The notes beneath the pieces are model-generated. The model made no database searches, was not told the origin of the DNA, and saw only the letters and a list, made by a program, of their open reading frames with translations. From Neoechinorhynchus agilis (taxonomy: Eukaryota > Animalia > Acanthocephala), in NCBI GenBank assembly GCA_051530055.1, contig CM121343.1, positions 4,186,389 through 4,250,388 of the forward strand: a DNA stretch of 64,000 nucleotides, given 5' to 3'. Positions 1 through 11,366 of the stretch are shown here, piece after piece. Numbering within the stretch: the stretch's first letter is position 1; every line of letters begins with the position of its first letter. Made by a program: the position numbers and the translations under genes.

Positions 1-2
1 CT

Positions 3-512
3 CTAACTGTCGGTGATGCACGCAATGGAACCAGACTGCTCGCATTGAGTTGCTCCGACTTATCGATTCTGTTATATCATACAGATCGATTTGTTGATCA
101 CGCTACTGATGAGTTGCTTGCACCTGATGAGAAGATTGACTTGGCGTGTTTAGGACCGACAGGGGCCAATATCACATCGATGTTTTTCTCCAACTACGGA
201 GAACACTTAATCGCAATCGACCAATTATCCGGCACACTTAGAGTTTGGGCATGCTGCAGAGGCCCTAAAATTTTCGAAGACAGCGATTTCGTGACCACAA
301 GTGAAGAACCTGGCTCACCGAAGATTGCAATCGACCAACATCCGTTCTTTCCAATTATAATTGCTGCCGATTCAAGACTTAAACCATTTCGAGTTATGAG
401 TCTGGTCAATATCTTACCATCGACCATCAATTTTTCCGGTAAGTTTACAATTACTGATTTTACCGACGAAGATTTTACCGAAGAAAACTCAGAAATCGAC
501 ATTGTTACTTAA
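3..512 (+). CDS. 3' part of a WD40/beta-propeller-like protein (5' end outside the window)
   Basis: Frame is open from position 3 (LTVGDARNGTRLLALSC...). FFSNYGEHLIAIDQLSGTLRVW resembles a WD40 repeat end (FSxxGxxL...GTxRVW). No specific family recognised. Confidence 0.45.
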   Translation, partial: LTVGDARNGTRLLALSCSDLSILLYHTDRFVDHATDELLAPDEKIDLACLGPTGANITSMFFSNYGEHLIAIDQLSGTLRVWACCRGPKIFEDSDFVTTSEEPGSPKIAIDQHPFFPIIIAADSRLKPFRVMSLVNILPSTINFSGKFTITDFTDEDFTEENSEIDIVT

Positions 513-1425
513 ATAAAATCCACCGTTTCGTAAGCCTAACTTTTAATCAAGCTTTATTCGCTGCTTAGAATGACTCTCATTTGTGATTACAATGATCTCG
601 CTGGCTTTTACTCACATTGATTAACATTTCTGTAATCTTGGTTTAACTCTCACCATCGGATCCAGGAATCTATATTTTGTTGTAATGTTATCCCAGTCCT
701 AAAAACGGTAGTTAAGAATAATTTACTGCCTTTATTCGTTTGATAAAGTTAGTTTTTGTAAAGTCAGCAACTGTTAATTATCAACTTCTTTTATATCGAA
801 TTTCTTCAATCTTTTACGGGTGCAAATGATCATTAAAGTCATTGCAATTTTCGTTTAAGATTCTTTTTTTTCAATTATTTATGCTCTTTGCTGCGAAACA
901 ATTAGTATGAAGCTGAAGATTTCAAGCACTTTTGGCTTATATTAGATTATTTTTAAAGATGCACTGTTTATACAAACTGATGGATTATTTAATAAATCGA
1001 ACTTAGTACATTCAACGGTATCAGTTATTTTATGTTTCTCGTATTTAAAAAAAGACTGAGTTTTAACTTGGCAAGCTTATAATTTTTCAAAATGTCGATA
1101 TGTGTGGATGTACTTAAGGAGATCACCTCAAATTAGGAACAGAAATCTGAAATGAACGACCAACGAGATTACAAACTTTCCCTTACGAGCAATTATCCAA
1201 GCGCTTTACCCGCTTCGTTTTTAAAACTAATCAAGAACCCGATGAGATTCGAAACGTCTTTAATAAAGCGTTTTCTAAAGGGCGAAGATCAAAACAACAA
1301 ATTCACAATTTTTCTTTTCCCGTTACTCAAAAAGAACATTGATCGAAAACGAAGATATTTAGGTCGATGCTAGCATATGTCCACAATACATCAAATCATA
1401 GAATACTTGCGCAATGAAAATCATG

Positions 1426-3190
1426 TTATAAATCCGAAATTTGTTTTTGGTTATCTTCCACTCGTTCTGTTGCTTGTGGTGAAGAGTTTTCATCGTAATT
1501 GGCCGGCGATTGATTTGGTAATCCTTCATTTGTATTATACACAGCGCTCATTTCGACTTGATTGTATTTTGGCAGTTCATCGAGTCTTTGCACTGCATAA
1601 TAGGACTGGATCCCCGAAGCTGGACCTCGTTCAATCTCATTATAAGATGGAGGCGACTGTCCTGCTATCACATCCATCGGCGCTGTCATTTCGTCGCCTT
1701 GCCTCATCCTACGCAGGCGTTCTCTTCTGGATCCCCGGAATCTTCTTAAGATCATATACGATACTCCAGTAATCATTAGTATGATAAACAAGGCTATAGT
1801 TCCGACAAAAGCTATCCTACTCAACGAACTGATAACTAAAATGGAGTCCGGTGAGCCGACGAAAACAATTAGGCCTCATATGTGGTTTCGTAATCATTTT
1901 TTAAGGCCACTAAAATCTTAACGGAGGAATGTAATTCTTGTAAAAATCAAATAGCATCATAAAGAGGTATTTAGAAGATCCTTTCTGCCCAACGAGCTAC
2001 AACACTCACCGTGTACTATTCTAGATCTACATATAGACGAAAATTCGTACAAATCAGTCATCGGGGAGGTTAATAAGGTTGCAATTATCAATAAATTGGA
2101 ATTCCCCCCCAATTGAAATCAAAGACACAAAATCCTTAATGAAAACGAAGATGAGCAATTACATACCGCAGGACATTTCATCCTCTTGGAAAGGGCAATT
2201 CATAAAACCATCACATCTCATGTCCGAACTTATGCATGACTTGTGGCAAAGTTGCTGAATTCCCACTGTTGTACACTCAGTTGTTTTGCAACCCAAATAA
2301 CACAACGCTTTAAAAAAGATTATAATGCTCCGTCGTTAACTAGTGAGCTCACTGTTTCCTTGGCATAAATACTGAGAGATAACAACGTCCAATTTAGATG
2401 AAAGAGTTGGATTATCATTGATATAATACATAATCAATGTCGGCCCCAATAAAAGACAAACATCTTTAGTGCGTTCATTTATTGAAATCTAGGAAATGGG
2501 CGGCCGGAGTTACGTTCAACGAGTGACAATGCGGAAGCTCACATTTTGTCGAGATCGCATATCATAAACAAATAATTGTTCCATCTTCACTGGGAGACGT
2601 AAAATAACAAAAATAAATCCTTCAGCTTTGGAGGAAAGCGCATTTACTTGGAACTGACATGAAACATTTCTGGGACTGATAATGTGTAGCTATTGAGGTT
2701 TATAAATCGGCTCAAGGTAACACTTACAGGTTTGATTTTATGGACAAAGCTTTTATAGACATAATTGCCCCTTGAGTATTGCATCTATTAACACCGATCG
2801 ATGACATTACAACTATTAAAAAAGAGCTAATCGCAAAGTATTAAAGGAATGTCAAACCGTCCGTAGTTCTGCATTCTATCAAATCAGGTAAGAGTCCCAA
2901 CATTATTAGTGTCAAGGAAAATGTCATTGGAAGATGAATGTTTATTTTGAAAGGCATTGTGAGAGTTAAGACGGCGTACTTCGAATTTTTTAGGTATTTC
3001 AGAACATGAACTTAGTAAGCAAAAGGTGTTATTCATCCTTACTCATTCTTCTCACCAACATAAACACGAGCACTTGTGATTCCATGTCTACTCATTTGTA
3101 GTTTAATACATAGCGGCGAAATCGATCATTCCCACTGAGCACATGACAGTTCAGTTCCATTCGTTCACTATGAAATTTCAAATTTTGCAA
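1426..3190 (-). CDS. Multi-exon type I membrane protein: CUB-like region, LDL-receptor class A repeat, TM helix, cytoplasmic PY motifs (5' end unresolved)
   Basis: Exon ~2165-2305 reads LCYLGCKTTECTTVGIQQLCHKSCISSDMRCDGFMNCPFQEDEMSC (LDLa C-x-DG-x-x-C-x-x-x-x-DE-x-x-C) and ends at a G|GTATGT donor. It splices in phase to VISSLSRIAFVGTIALFIILMITGVSYMILRR (TM). The tail has PPSY and LPKY. Upstream spliceable exons: ISINERTKDVCLLLG..., LHIISPRNVSCQFQV..., MQYSRGNYVYK... Confidence 0.7.
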
Positions 3191-3689
3191 TCTATAAGCG
3201 CGCTCCTAATGGATCCAAAGGAATAATAAGGCACATAATGACTTTCGTTCAGTTTCTAATGACAATTTTGAGTCTTATTTGGAATACGACGCTGCTTTTT
3301 ACTCTTTTAACTTCTAAAGGATAATCCATATTTGATCGATAGAAGCAGCGTCTAGAAACTTCAATTAATGTCATCTAAGTTTTTAATAACGCCCTAAAAG
3401 TTGGTTAAGACTAATTTTGTTCAATCCTCGAAAGGATGTTAGTAGAATTGTTCAAGTAATACGTTGGAATGAACTAGCTGGAATGTGTCTTTGCTGTGAA
3501 TGAATTAGCCAATCGATCTCATAGATGGTATCAAAGAAAATACAAAGCTAAGCCAATCGAAACATTTGCGTTTAAGAAGTTAGCACAATTCAAATCGAAT
3601 TAGGAAAATAATGATTTTTGCAATACTGATGTAGGCGCTCAACTTAAGTAATAATTTATTATCTTGCATCGAACATTTATTATATCAAT

Positions 3690-4340
3690 TTCGCACAAGC
3701 CATTTTCCCACCGCGAGGATGCATCCACCATTCCGCAATCGCTGATTCTCTGATAAAAATATAGTTTACTGCACGAGGACTTTTTGTGGTTGTTGTGACC
3801 AACCATTTTGAAACCTTCAATTAAAAATTCTGCGGTACTCGGTCCGACGGCACCAATTGCCTCAAAGGCGAGTCGTTGGAAAATGTAGAGCGACAGATCG
3901 CTCCCTTTTTCGGTCATCCGCTCTTTTCGCAACTTCATCGGAAGTTGATCTTCGTAATCGTATTCGGACAGATAAAGTCCCAAGGAAACGGCTTCCTTCC
4001 CTCGGAACTGTTTATGCGCTGTTCGGTATTTTCCCGCAATCTCTGCTTAAACTGACCGGCGATTAGAGGAGAGTTTGAATGTCGTTACCAAAGCTTTACG
4101 AATTAGAGTATTCACCGTACTGTGGCGATTGTGAAAGGCTATCGTTTTGGAACAATCGAGTCCTTGGGTTCCTGTACCATCGCAGGGATTGAGGAAGCTA
4201 AACCTAAGCGTAGTGCCGAAGCGAGACCAAAGGAACGGTCATCCATTTTAGTACCAATCGACGAGGCGTTAAGAAAACCACCGGACAATTTTGTTGCGGT
4301 GGGGGGGGTGGGCGTGCTCGTTCCTTGGGGTCAGCAGTGC
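3690..4340 (-). mobile_element. Degenerate CRE-like (restriction-like endonuclease) non-LTR retrotransposon, C-terminal fragment
   Basis: Across frameshifts and stops the minus strand reads LSGGFLNASSIGTKMDDRSFGLASALRLGL, GLDCSKTIAFHNRHSTVNTLIRKAL, GRKPFPWDFICPNT, LAFEAIGAVGPSTAEFL and LYFYQRIS. These match, in order, the SGAWL..P..LG..MD...R.A..LRLG, HGL.C....RH..LN, WD.TCPDT, A.ET.G..G and FQRIS motifs of this clade. Confidence 0.75.
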
Positions 4341-5688
4341 CATGGCTGTTACCAAAAATGAACTACGGCGATTGCGAAATACGAATCTTGAGAAAAACGG
4401 ACTCTAAAATACATCCAAAAAAGAATATTTTTCTTCCTTTTAAATCGTTCTGCTGTGATTGCAGGCTAATTTCACACAAAAACGGAACAAGCGCCGGAGA
4501 AAGTCAACGACAATTAAATTTCAAGACTCACCGTGATACTCAAATATAAAACTTTAAATTGAATGCACTAGTGCGCAATTAATCGGAATAGATTGTTTTG
4601 GTCTAAAATGCGCCAACTATTGAGTAATATGCGACTCACATCGAAGGCGTGTACGGAACAAATCGATACCAATGGATCTCTATCAATTCTGCGAATTCCT
4701 ACGTCGAAGAGTTTGTCTCTACTGACGGTATTATGGTATTGAAGATTCCGTCAGGCACGATTGAATAGTATCCATTCGCGTGGAGGAAATCTAATCGACA
4801 GATTTACAATACCTGACTGAAGAAGTCCACAGTGCGATTGGACCAAATATATCATTTTGATAGAATTTTTCGCCACCGCCACATATTAAAAATATCACTC
4901 CTAAAAATTGTTGTTTTCTTACACGGTGTAGAATCTCTAAAAGAGGTATTATGCGATTATGAAATTAAAAACAAGTTGTTGTAGTCCAGGGAGGCTCGTA
5001 GATACATTAGACTTGATTTGCTGTGAGCTTAGTTTTTGTATGAATTAAATCTGTCTGTATATGTACTTAGAAAGCGGATTACTAGAGCAGAAAAAAGAAA
5101 CCTTAGTTAAAAGATTCTATAAAGTGCTGGGCGGAGAGTAGTCGAGCTAAAATTAAATTGGCCTCACGTTTTTCTCAGAGTCGGTTGGCAAAAAGTATCG
5201 TATTTTTTAGGGATTCGAGATCCTGTAAAAAGGGAGGAAGCGGAGTCGGTATCGACATGGTTTAAGAATAATTAGAATCACCGGGCTTCTTTTGTTGTTA
5301 AGAATTGGGATGTTGTTGAACATATGAGCGAGGAGTGGTGTAGGGGACGACTCGGTCCGAGAATAAGTGTGCCTGAATATTGAAATGGAGGACGTAGGAT
5401 TTCTGAATCCTTTGGGATTTTTCTTAGCGTGTATAACTCTCAATATACTGATGGGCCGCTTTGTATGATTTGGCGAATGCCGGCTGATTTAAACGGAGAT
5501 TAGCGCATTTTTGTGATCTTGGCCTTTTGAGTTCCGTTTATGCAAGTACGTGGAAGTTCTTTATTTGAGACAATGAATCACTTTAAGGGCTTTAAGTATT
5601 CGTGTTCCACGATGAAATGCCTACTACCACCACCAGTGGGATGAGTGTGTGTACGTAAAAAATATGAATCAGAGGAAAATGTTCAAGA

Positions 5689-6485
5689 GTGGGTTTATTG
5701 TTGGCGTTGTATAGCTCGTCGTTTAAAGTGGTGTTTGAAAGGGGCTTATCATTAACGAAAACAGAGACGATGATCGATTCTGCGTGTAATACAACGAGAG
5801 TGAATAATCAGCACAAACAATTTGAACTGATTGATCAATTGAGGAACGAGTGTACGTTACTTATTCAAGAAATCAATAGACCTACTTTTAAACGAAGGAA
5901 CGTATTGAGGCATATTGGCCAAGTTTACGACATTGCGAAAGGTATAGAAAAGCTAGCCAGTTGTGCTTTTCCTTTAGAGGTCGACAATGGGCCTAGACCG
6001 TCGTCCACCGCCTCGGCAACGAACGTGAAATACAACCAGGATATTCTATTGAATATTGTAGATTCACTCAACTTGTGTCTTGGCAAATCTGCCTTAGACG
6101 AATAACACGTTTACGTGGCCGGGAATCTTTGAGGGCATAACGTGTTAGCTTCTTGATATTACTTAAAGAAGACATGGAAAAGCGAGTGAATGAACTATCT
6201 CTACTTAAGAAAGAGTTTGCAAAAAGTCAGAATAGAAAACGCGAAGCTGAACTACAAAAAGGAAAGATGTGGGTAAGATCACGCTCACCGTTCGACCCTG
6301 GAATATCAACGGCTTTAAGAAGTTCAAGTCCATTGAAGACTAGTGTTTACAGCAGTAACCGGAGACATCCATCAAGGGAAAAATCAATATTGTCTTCATC
6401 TTCTTCACGATCGGACGACGAACGTTATCTCGGGTATAAGCCAACATTTCCTTCGAAACTTGCGCTCAATGGCGGCTCTAAGTGA
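5689..6485 (+). CDS. Uncharacterised protein with coiled-coil segment and Ser/Arg-rich C-terminus (two long open segments, probably separated by a short intron)
   Basis: ORFs 5689-6105 and 6153-6485 are adjacent with an AG acceptor near 6148. The second reads LKEDMEKRVNELSLLKKEFAKSQNRKREAELQK (heptad-like). No family motif. Confidence 0.4.
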
Positions 6486-7497
6486 ATTTCAATTTGATGA
6501 TCCATGAAACATTTAGTATACTTGTGGCAGCCGAAATGTATAACAAGATCAACATAATCGGAAAATTAATATTTCGAGAACCCATCACGAGTACGACCTA
6601 CTATTTCTTATGACGATCAATTTATCTCACAAAAGATACTTTTGGACTTCACGATATGTTGAATGTATGTGAAATGCGAGTTAACAGAATGTTCAAATGT
6701 GCGGAGTCTCTTAGTCGATCAATTGCATTCGATACTAATGTACTGATTTCGAGATTTGTGCAATATAAAGTTCAATAAACGTCGCTACAAGTGTTCTTTG
6801 CACAATTGCAGAACCCGATCCAATTTTAACAATCTAGATTTCACTCTTTTTAGGCTGGAGATTACTGGATTGTAGTGTAAGTGGCAGTAGCGATTTGTTC
6901 TAAACACATAGACTACCAAACTGTATCCCCATGTGAATCTCGGCCGTTTAAGAAAATCTAAAGTTTTGCGGAGCTACGGACTAGATTATAGAGTTTGATT
7001 TATACCGCGTTAGATTGCTTTAGCCCTAATTTGCAAAGATTACACTATGAACTCTACGGGACAAATCGAATACCTGTCTTTAACAATCCGATAAAAGCGG
7101 TCCAAAACCCGTGCTAAGACACGGATTACTCGATAGTTGGCGCAATTCAATTTAAGGTTTGAGTATCACGGTGAATAACATGAAACGTTTTGGTAAAATA
7201 ATCTTTGATGCTAAATATCATTAGTTGAAAATAATTCTATTTATGATCACATCTTAACGCAATGCCCCAAACGCAATCAGTGGGGACACACACTTTCGCG
7301 CCATTGGTGAGATAACTGTCGATTTTGTATAAAATGTGAATCTACTCTGTGGCATCAACAAACACCCATTTAAATCGCCAAGTGTTCAAAAGTTCAGCTG
7401 AAATGACCGCAATTGAAACGTCGCTCAATCATTTAAGCAAAAGGCGCATTGCGATTCAGCAACCGGTTTGTATCCGTAAGCGACTACATGGACGATT

Positions 7498-7754
7498 GGG
7501 GGCCCAGTGGCCGAGTGGTCTGCGCGTTCATAATACACTCGATATCTCGCTGGTTCAAATCCACTGGTCGCTAGGTTCCACGTGGGGTTGCGAGGCTGCT
7601 GGAAGGGTAGAAATCAGGTTTGAGATCACCCATCTGCCCCAAAGGGGGTTGGCCCTGTCGTTTCGAGTGGGGCTAAGCGCTTCCGATGTGTGCAAGTCAG
7701 CCGAAAGGCTCCCAAAAAAAGGAATATAGCCGAGTGGCTCAAAAGGGGATGTCG
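7498..7754 (+). mobile_element. tRNA-derived SINE, copy 1
   Basis: Head GGCCCAG-TGGCCGAGTGG (A box) ... GGTTCAAATCC (B box), then a ~180 bp body shared with two other copies in the window. Confidence 0.8.
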
Positions 7755-7797
7755 AAATTTTATTCATTATCAAGGCCACATACACTCTGTTGTCTAT

Positions 7798-8047
7798 GAC
7801 ATCTTCTTTTTGATAGTTTCGTCTATATTCCTTTGGAGTCTTTTCGACTAACTTGCGCACAACGGAGGCGCTTAGCCGCACTCGAAGGAACAGGGCCAAC
7901 CCCCTTTGGGGCCGATGGGCGATCTCAAAACTGACCCCACCCCTTCCAGCAGCCTCGCACACCCGTGGAACCCAGCGACCGGTGGCGTTGAACCAGCGAC
8001 ATATCAAGCACATTATGAATGCGCACACCACACGGCCACTGGGCCCC
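7798..8047 (-). mobile_element. tRNA-derived SINE, copy 2 (inverted, tail-to-tail with copy 1)
   Basis: Reverse complement aligns with copy 1 along its whole length. It retains an anticodon-like arm GCGCA-TTCATAA-TGTGC (CAT, Met-like). Confidence 0.8.
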
Positions 8048-8247
8048 TATGTAGAAAGACCCTGAATGTATGCGAACTAAAAACTGTTTGAGGCTATGTG
8101 ATAAATAATATGGACGGAATTTTACACACGTTGGTACGGAAGAAACAACATCGATTATGACGTCATAATCGCTTTAAATCTTGAATATAACATTTTTCTA
8201 CCTTCTAATATTCGATTGCATTTATGTGTTTTTGGAGGGAACATCTG

Positions 8248-9325
8248 TTACACTACTGATATTTGAGGAACACAGCAAACGAGTCCGGCGGATCGCGTCG
8301 TCGACCGTGCCATGAGTTTCGCTTTGGAAACGCGGTGAACGGCGAAGGAAATTATGTAGGTTTTACATGATTTATCGTCTTTAAAGACGCATTTGAAGCA
8401 GTAGATATTCGTAACTAAAAGGCCGGTCTTTTTATTGATACTTATTGGGGAGGTAGTAATCTCCACGCAACGGAATCTTCAATACCATAATACGGTCAGT
8501 AGAGACAAACTCTTCGACGTAGGAATTCGCAGAATTGATAAAGATCCATTGGTATCGATTAGAAGTCGCCCACTAATTGAATGTTGTCTCTGAAATGGGC
8601 TCAATAATTTTCCTCGCGACAGTTCAAAACATTAAAAGTACACAATTTGCATCGTAATGAGAAATGCCTCGTCTTTAAAATGTTCACTGATTTCTTGTAG
8701 TGATTTCGATAACGAACTGGGGTAATCTTCTCGACCAGTTTAGTTCTACAGTCATGCAGCAGCTTAAAACGTCGATTTGTTCGAGATGAACACAATGAGC
8801 CGTACAAACCTGCATTCCATTTATAAAAATAGAAAGACCGCCTGAGAAAAGCGTTCTTCCCCAAAAACAAGTGGACGATAGTCACGGATTGGAAAATATA
8901 GTTTCTACGCAGCAAATGTTTATGTAGTTCATCATCGAAGACAACTCGGATTCGCTAATCAATTGAAGGAAAATTTGCATTTGCGATACTAAATCCAAGC
9001 ATAGATTTTGGAGCTTCGTTCAATTAAAGTACAAAAAAACCGCTTGGAAACAATGTATAATCTCCATAAGGCGGTTTTAATTAGTAATCTACTGCCCAAT
9101 CATCTCAAAAGAATTTGCTGAACACAAGGTAAAGTCTACGTTTCCGTTAAGTGGTATAAGAACACAACGAAATAAAAAACTATGAGGATAAAAGGGATTT
9201 TCTTCTGTCTGTACATAATAATATGCGAAAAGCGGAAGCTCGCATTGTTGGGATGCCTCGATAGATAAGATAAAATTAACGAGGAATGTCAGCGAGATTA
9301 TTTGTGACATGTGAAGAATGAGCAT
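8248..9325 (-). CDS. Secreted Cys-rich protein, possibly cystine-knot (IL-17/trunk-like) type
   Basis: N-terminal hydrophobic signal (MLILHMSQIISLTFLVNFILSIEA). Several exons are separated by short gaps. The C-terminus is IYCFKCVFKDDKSCKTYIISFAVHRVSK...STTRSAGLVCCVP. The family call is a motif impression only. Confidence 0.5.
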
Positions 9326-9376
9326 TATTGGGCTAATAATCGAGTCCGAATTCTATTTTTTACCTATTGCTTCAAT

Positions 9377-9527
9377 GTAAATTTATTAAATCGTTATTTC
9401 GGCTCAATCCAGAGCCTTTATCAAAATCGTTGGTAAGTTTTGATAGAGTGAACACTTTGTATAAAACTTACCAACAATCTTGATAAAGGTTTTAGATTGA
9501 GCCGGAATATCGATTTAATAAATTTAC
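9377..9527. mobile_element. Palindromic MITE-like element, family B
   Basis: Near-perfect foldback: GTAAATTTATTAAATCG...TTACCAAC / GTTGGTAA...CGATTTAATAAATTTAC. Related copies at 19550-19749, 60545-60684 and a half copy at ~56478-56570. Confidence 0.75.
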
Positions 9528-10333
9528 CTTAATTTTTGTCGCCACTACACAACAATCATGAGCAGTTTCATTTTACAATACAAAAAACAAACGTAAATTT
9601 GATTTTTCTTGGTATAATGAACTTACGTCTAAAAATCAATAATTCGTGTGTAAGAGGTATTTATGCGAATTAAGATATTATTGGAGGATCGAAAAAAGTG
9701 GAATTTTAAAAAGGGTTGTTTTTTCAAACGAGAATTCGAGTGCGCTGAAATGGGATTTGAGAGACCACTCGTTCCCGAAGTCAGCGCATAATACGTCACT
9801 GGTTGCATTGTTTACGAAACGATAGCACCCAGATGACGCTTTCTTCCCCCTCCCCTGCGATGAATAATCAAAAGTCGTTGCTGCTGCTGAGTTCTCTACG
9901 ACGACGTGTGCGCATTATGCGCGCTGGAAATGAGCGTTCCTCGCTGGTGCGCGGCTCCAAGTCGCATGGTGCCGTTGAACCGCGTGTGCTCGCAAGGTGA
10001 CGCACACGCCTCCGAAAAGAGTCAGGTTGAACGTTTCCTCTTGTGGAGACGTCACCGCCTCCCGTGCGCAGCAGTACATTCCGCGTTCATACTCACTCAC
10101 TCACGTGTACAAAATGCGCGTGCGTGGCCGCGTTCGTTCCGTGCGTGCGTGCGCGCGCGTATAAGTGCGCAGAGAGCACCTTTGCCGCGCAAACACACCC
10201 CCGCCGCCACCACCACCACCACCACAAACGGCGCCGCGAACTACAAGTGGGGCGGTTGCGTAGGCTTACCAAACTTATCGATAAAGGCGAAAGTTTAGCA
10301 ATCCTAGGCAACTTCTTACACTCGTAGATGATC

Positions 10334-11366
10334 TTATTTAAGGCTAGGCGGCATTCCACGTACCGATTGGAAAGCGTTCGCAATACATGCGAGCTGGATT
10401 TGGTCACTGGCGCCTTTCGCAATCCGTCTCTCCACACCCGCCAGCTTATTTAGCACAGTCGCCTTGGGTTCCGATTGAAATTGAATCGTATAAACGTATT
10501 TGGCCACTTCGGACACAATATCGCTGACTGTAAAGCTTCGCGCTTTCTTTAAGTCACTGAGTTTACGAATCGAATTAGTTATCGGATCATTAAGACACCA
10601 AAAGATTATTTGCCTTACTTCTGACGGAGATGGACAAGATGAATATTGATAAACAGAATCTTCTGTTACTTCTGTTTGATTAGAGGCGATAAAAGTGCTC
10701 TGAAGACAGCTGATGGCCTTTCGCATATCGCCATTAGAAATCGAGTAAAGCGATTTTAATCCGTCATCAGTCACTGGGATATTCTCTTTTTCTGATATAA
10801 ATCGTAATCTCTTCACTTTATCATTAACGTTCATCTTTAGGGAAAGGAAGAACGTTACTGCATACGTTGCATTGATCCAAGGGAACAAACCGGAACCGCG
10901 TGCATCGGCTCTGTAGCGCTGGGATGATTGAATTGATAAAATTGCAGATAAGGCAGAATCTCGCATTAGCAGTGTATCTCTCTATTATTCTCCTCAGAGC
11001 ATTTTGTGCATCATTTGTCATCGAATCCGCTTCGTCCAACACCACAAGTTTGCACCCAGAACCAAAAAGAGTGCCGGTACTAGCAAAACTTAAAATTTGA
11101 TCCCGAACTACCACTATTCCTCTGTCGTCCGACGCGTTCAACTCAAGGACCATCGTTTTGTAATCATTTATGTCAGGGTATAGCTGTCGAGCGCAAGCCA
11201 GTATTGTGCTCGTCTTACCGGTTCCTGGAGGTCCGTGGAAAAGGAGGTGCGGCAAACGGGACTCATTCATGTACTTCTTTATTGTCGTTATCGCATCTTC
11301 CTGTGATATCATTTCATCCAATGATGTTGGCCTATACTTCTCAATCCATGGAAGATTATCACCCAT
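10334..11366 (-). CDS. RFC5: Replication factor C small subunit (human RFC5 / yeast Rfc3 type), 2 exons
   Basis: [10 protein letters not shown], Walker [19 protein letters not shown], Walker B LDEAD, SRC motif [18 protein letters not shown] 43-nt GT-AG intron (10816-10858) joins the two overlapping ORFs. Confidence 0.93.

Noticed and set aside
7498-7575. SINE heads as functional tRNA-Met genes
   Set aside because: D-arm and T-arm pairing is broken, there is no adjacent T-run terminator, and each head runs into a shared ~180-bp body found in three copies.
7349-8091. ORFs over the SINE pair
   Set aside because: By-products of GC-rich repeat sequence on both strands.
9803-10437. ORFs with poly-His, poly-Thr or poly-Trp in the GC-rich island
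   Set aside because: They derive from one (CCA)n tract read in different frames. No coherent spliced protein.
10824-10966. Overlap of two RFC ORFs read as a programmed frameshift or pseudogene
   Set aside because: A 43-nt GT-AG intron (10816-10858) restores a continuous RFC5 frame of expected length.
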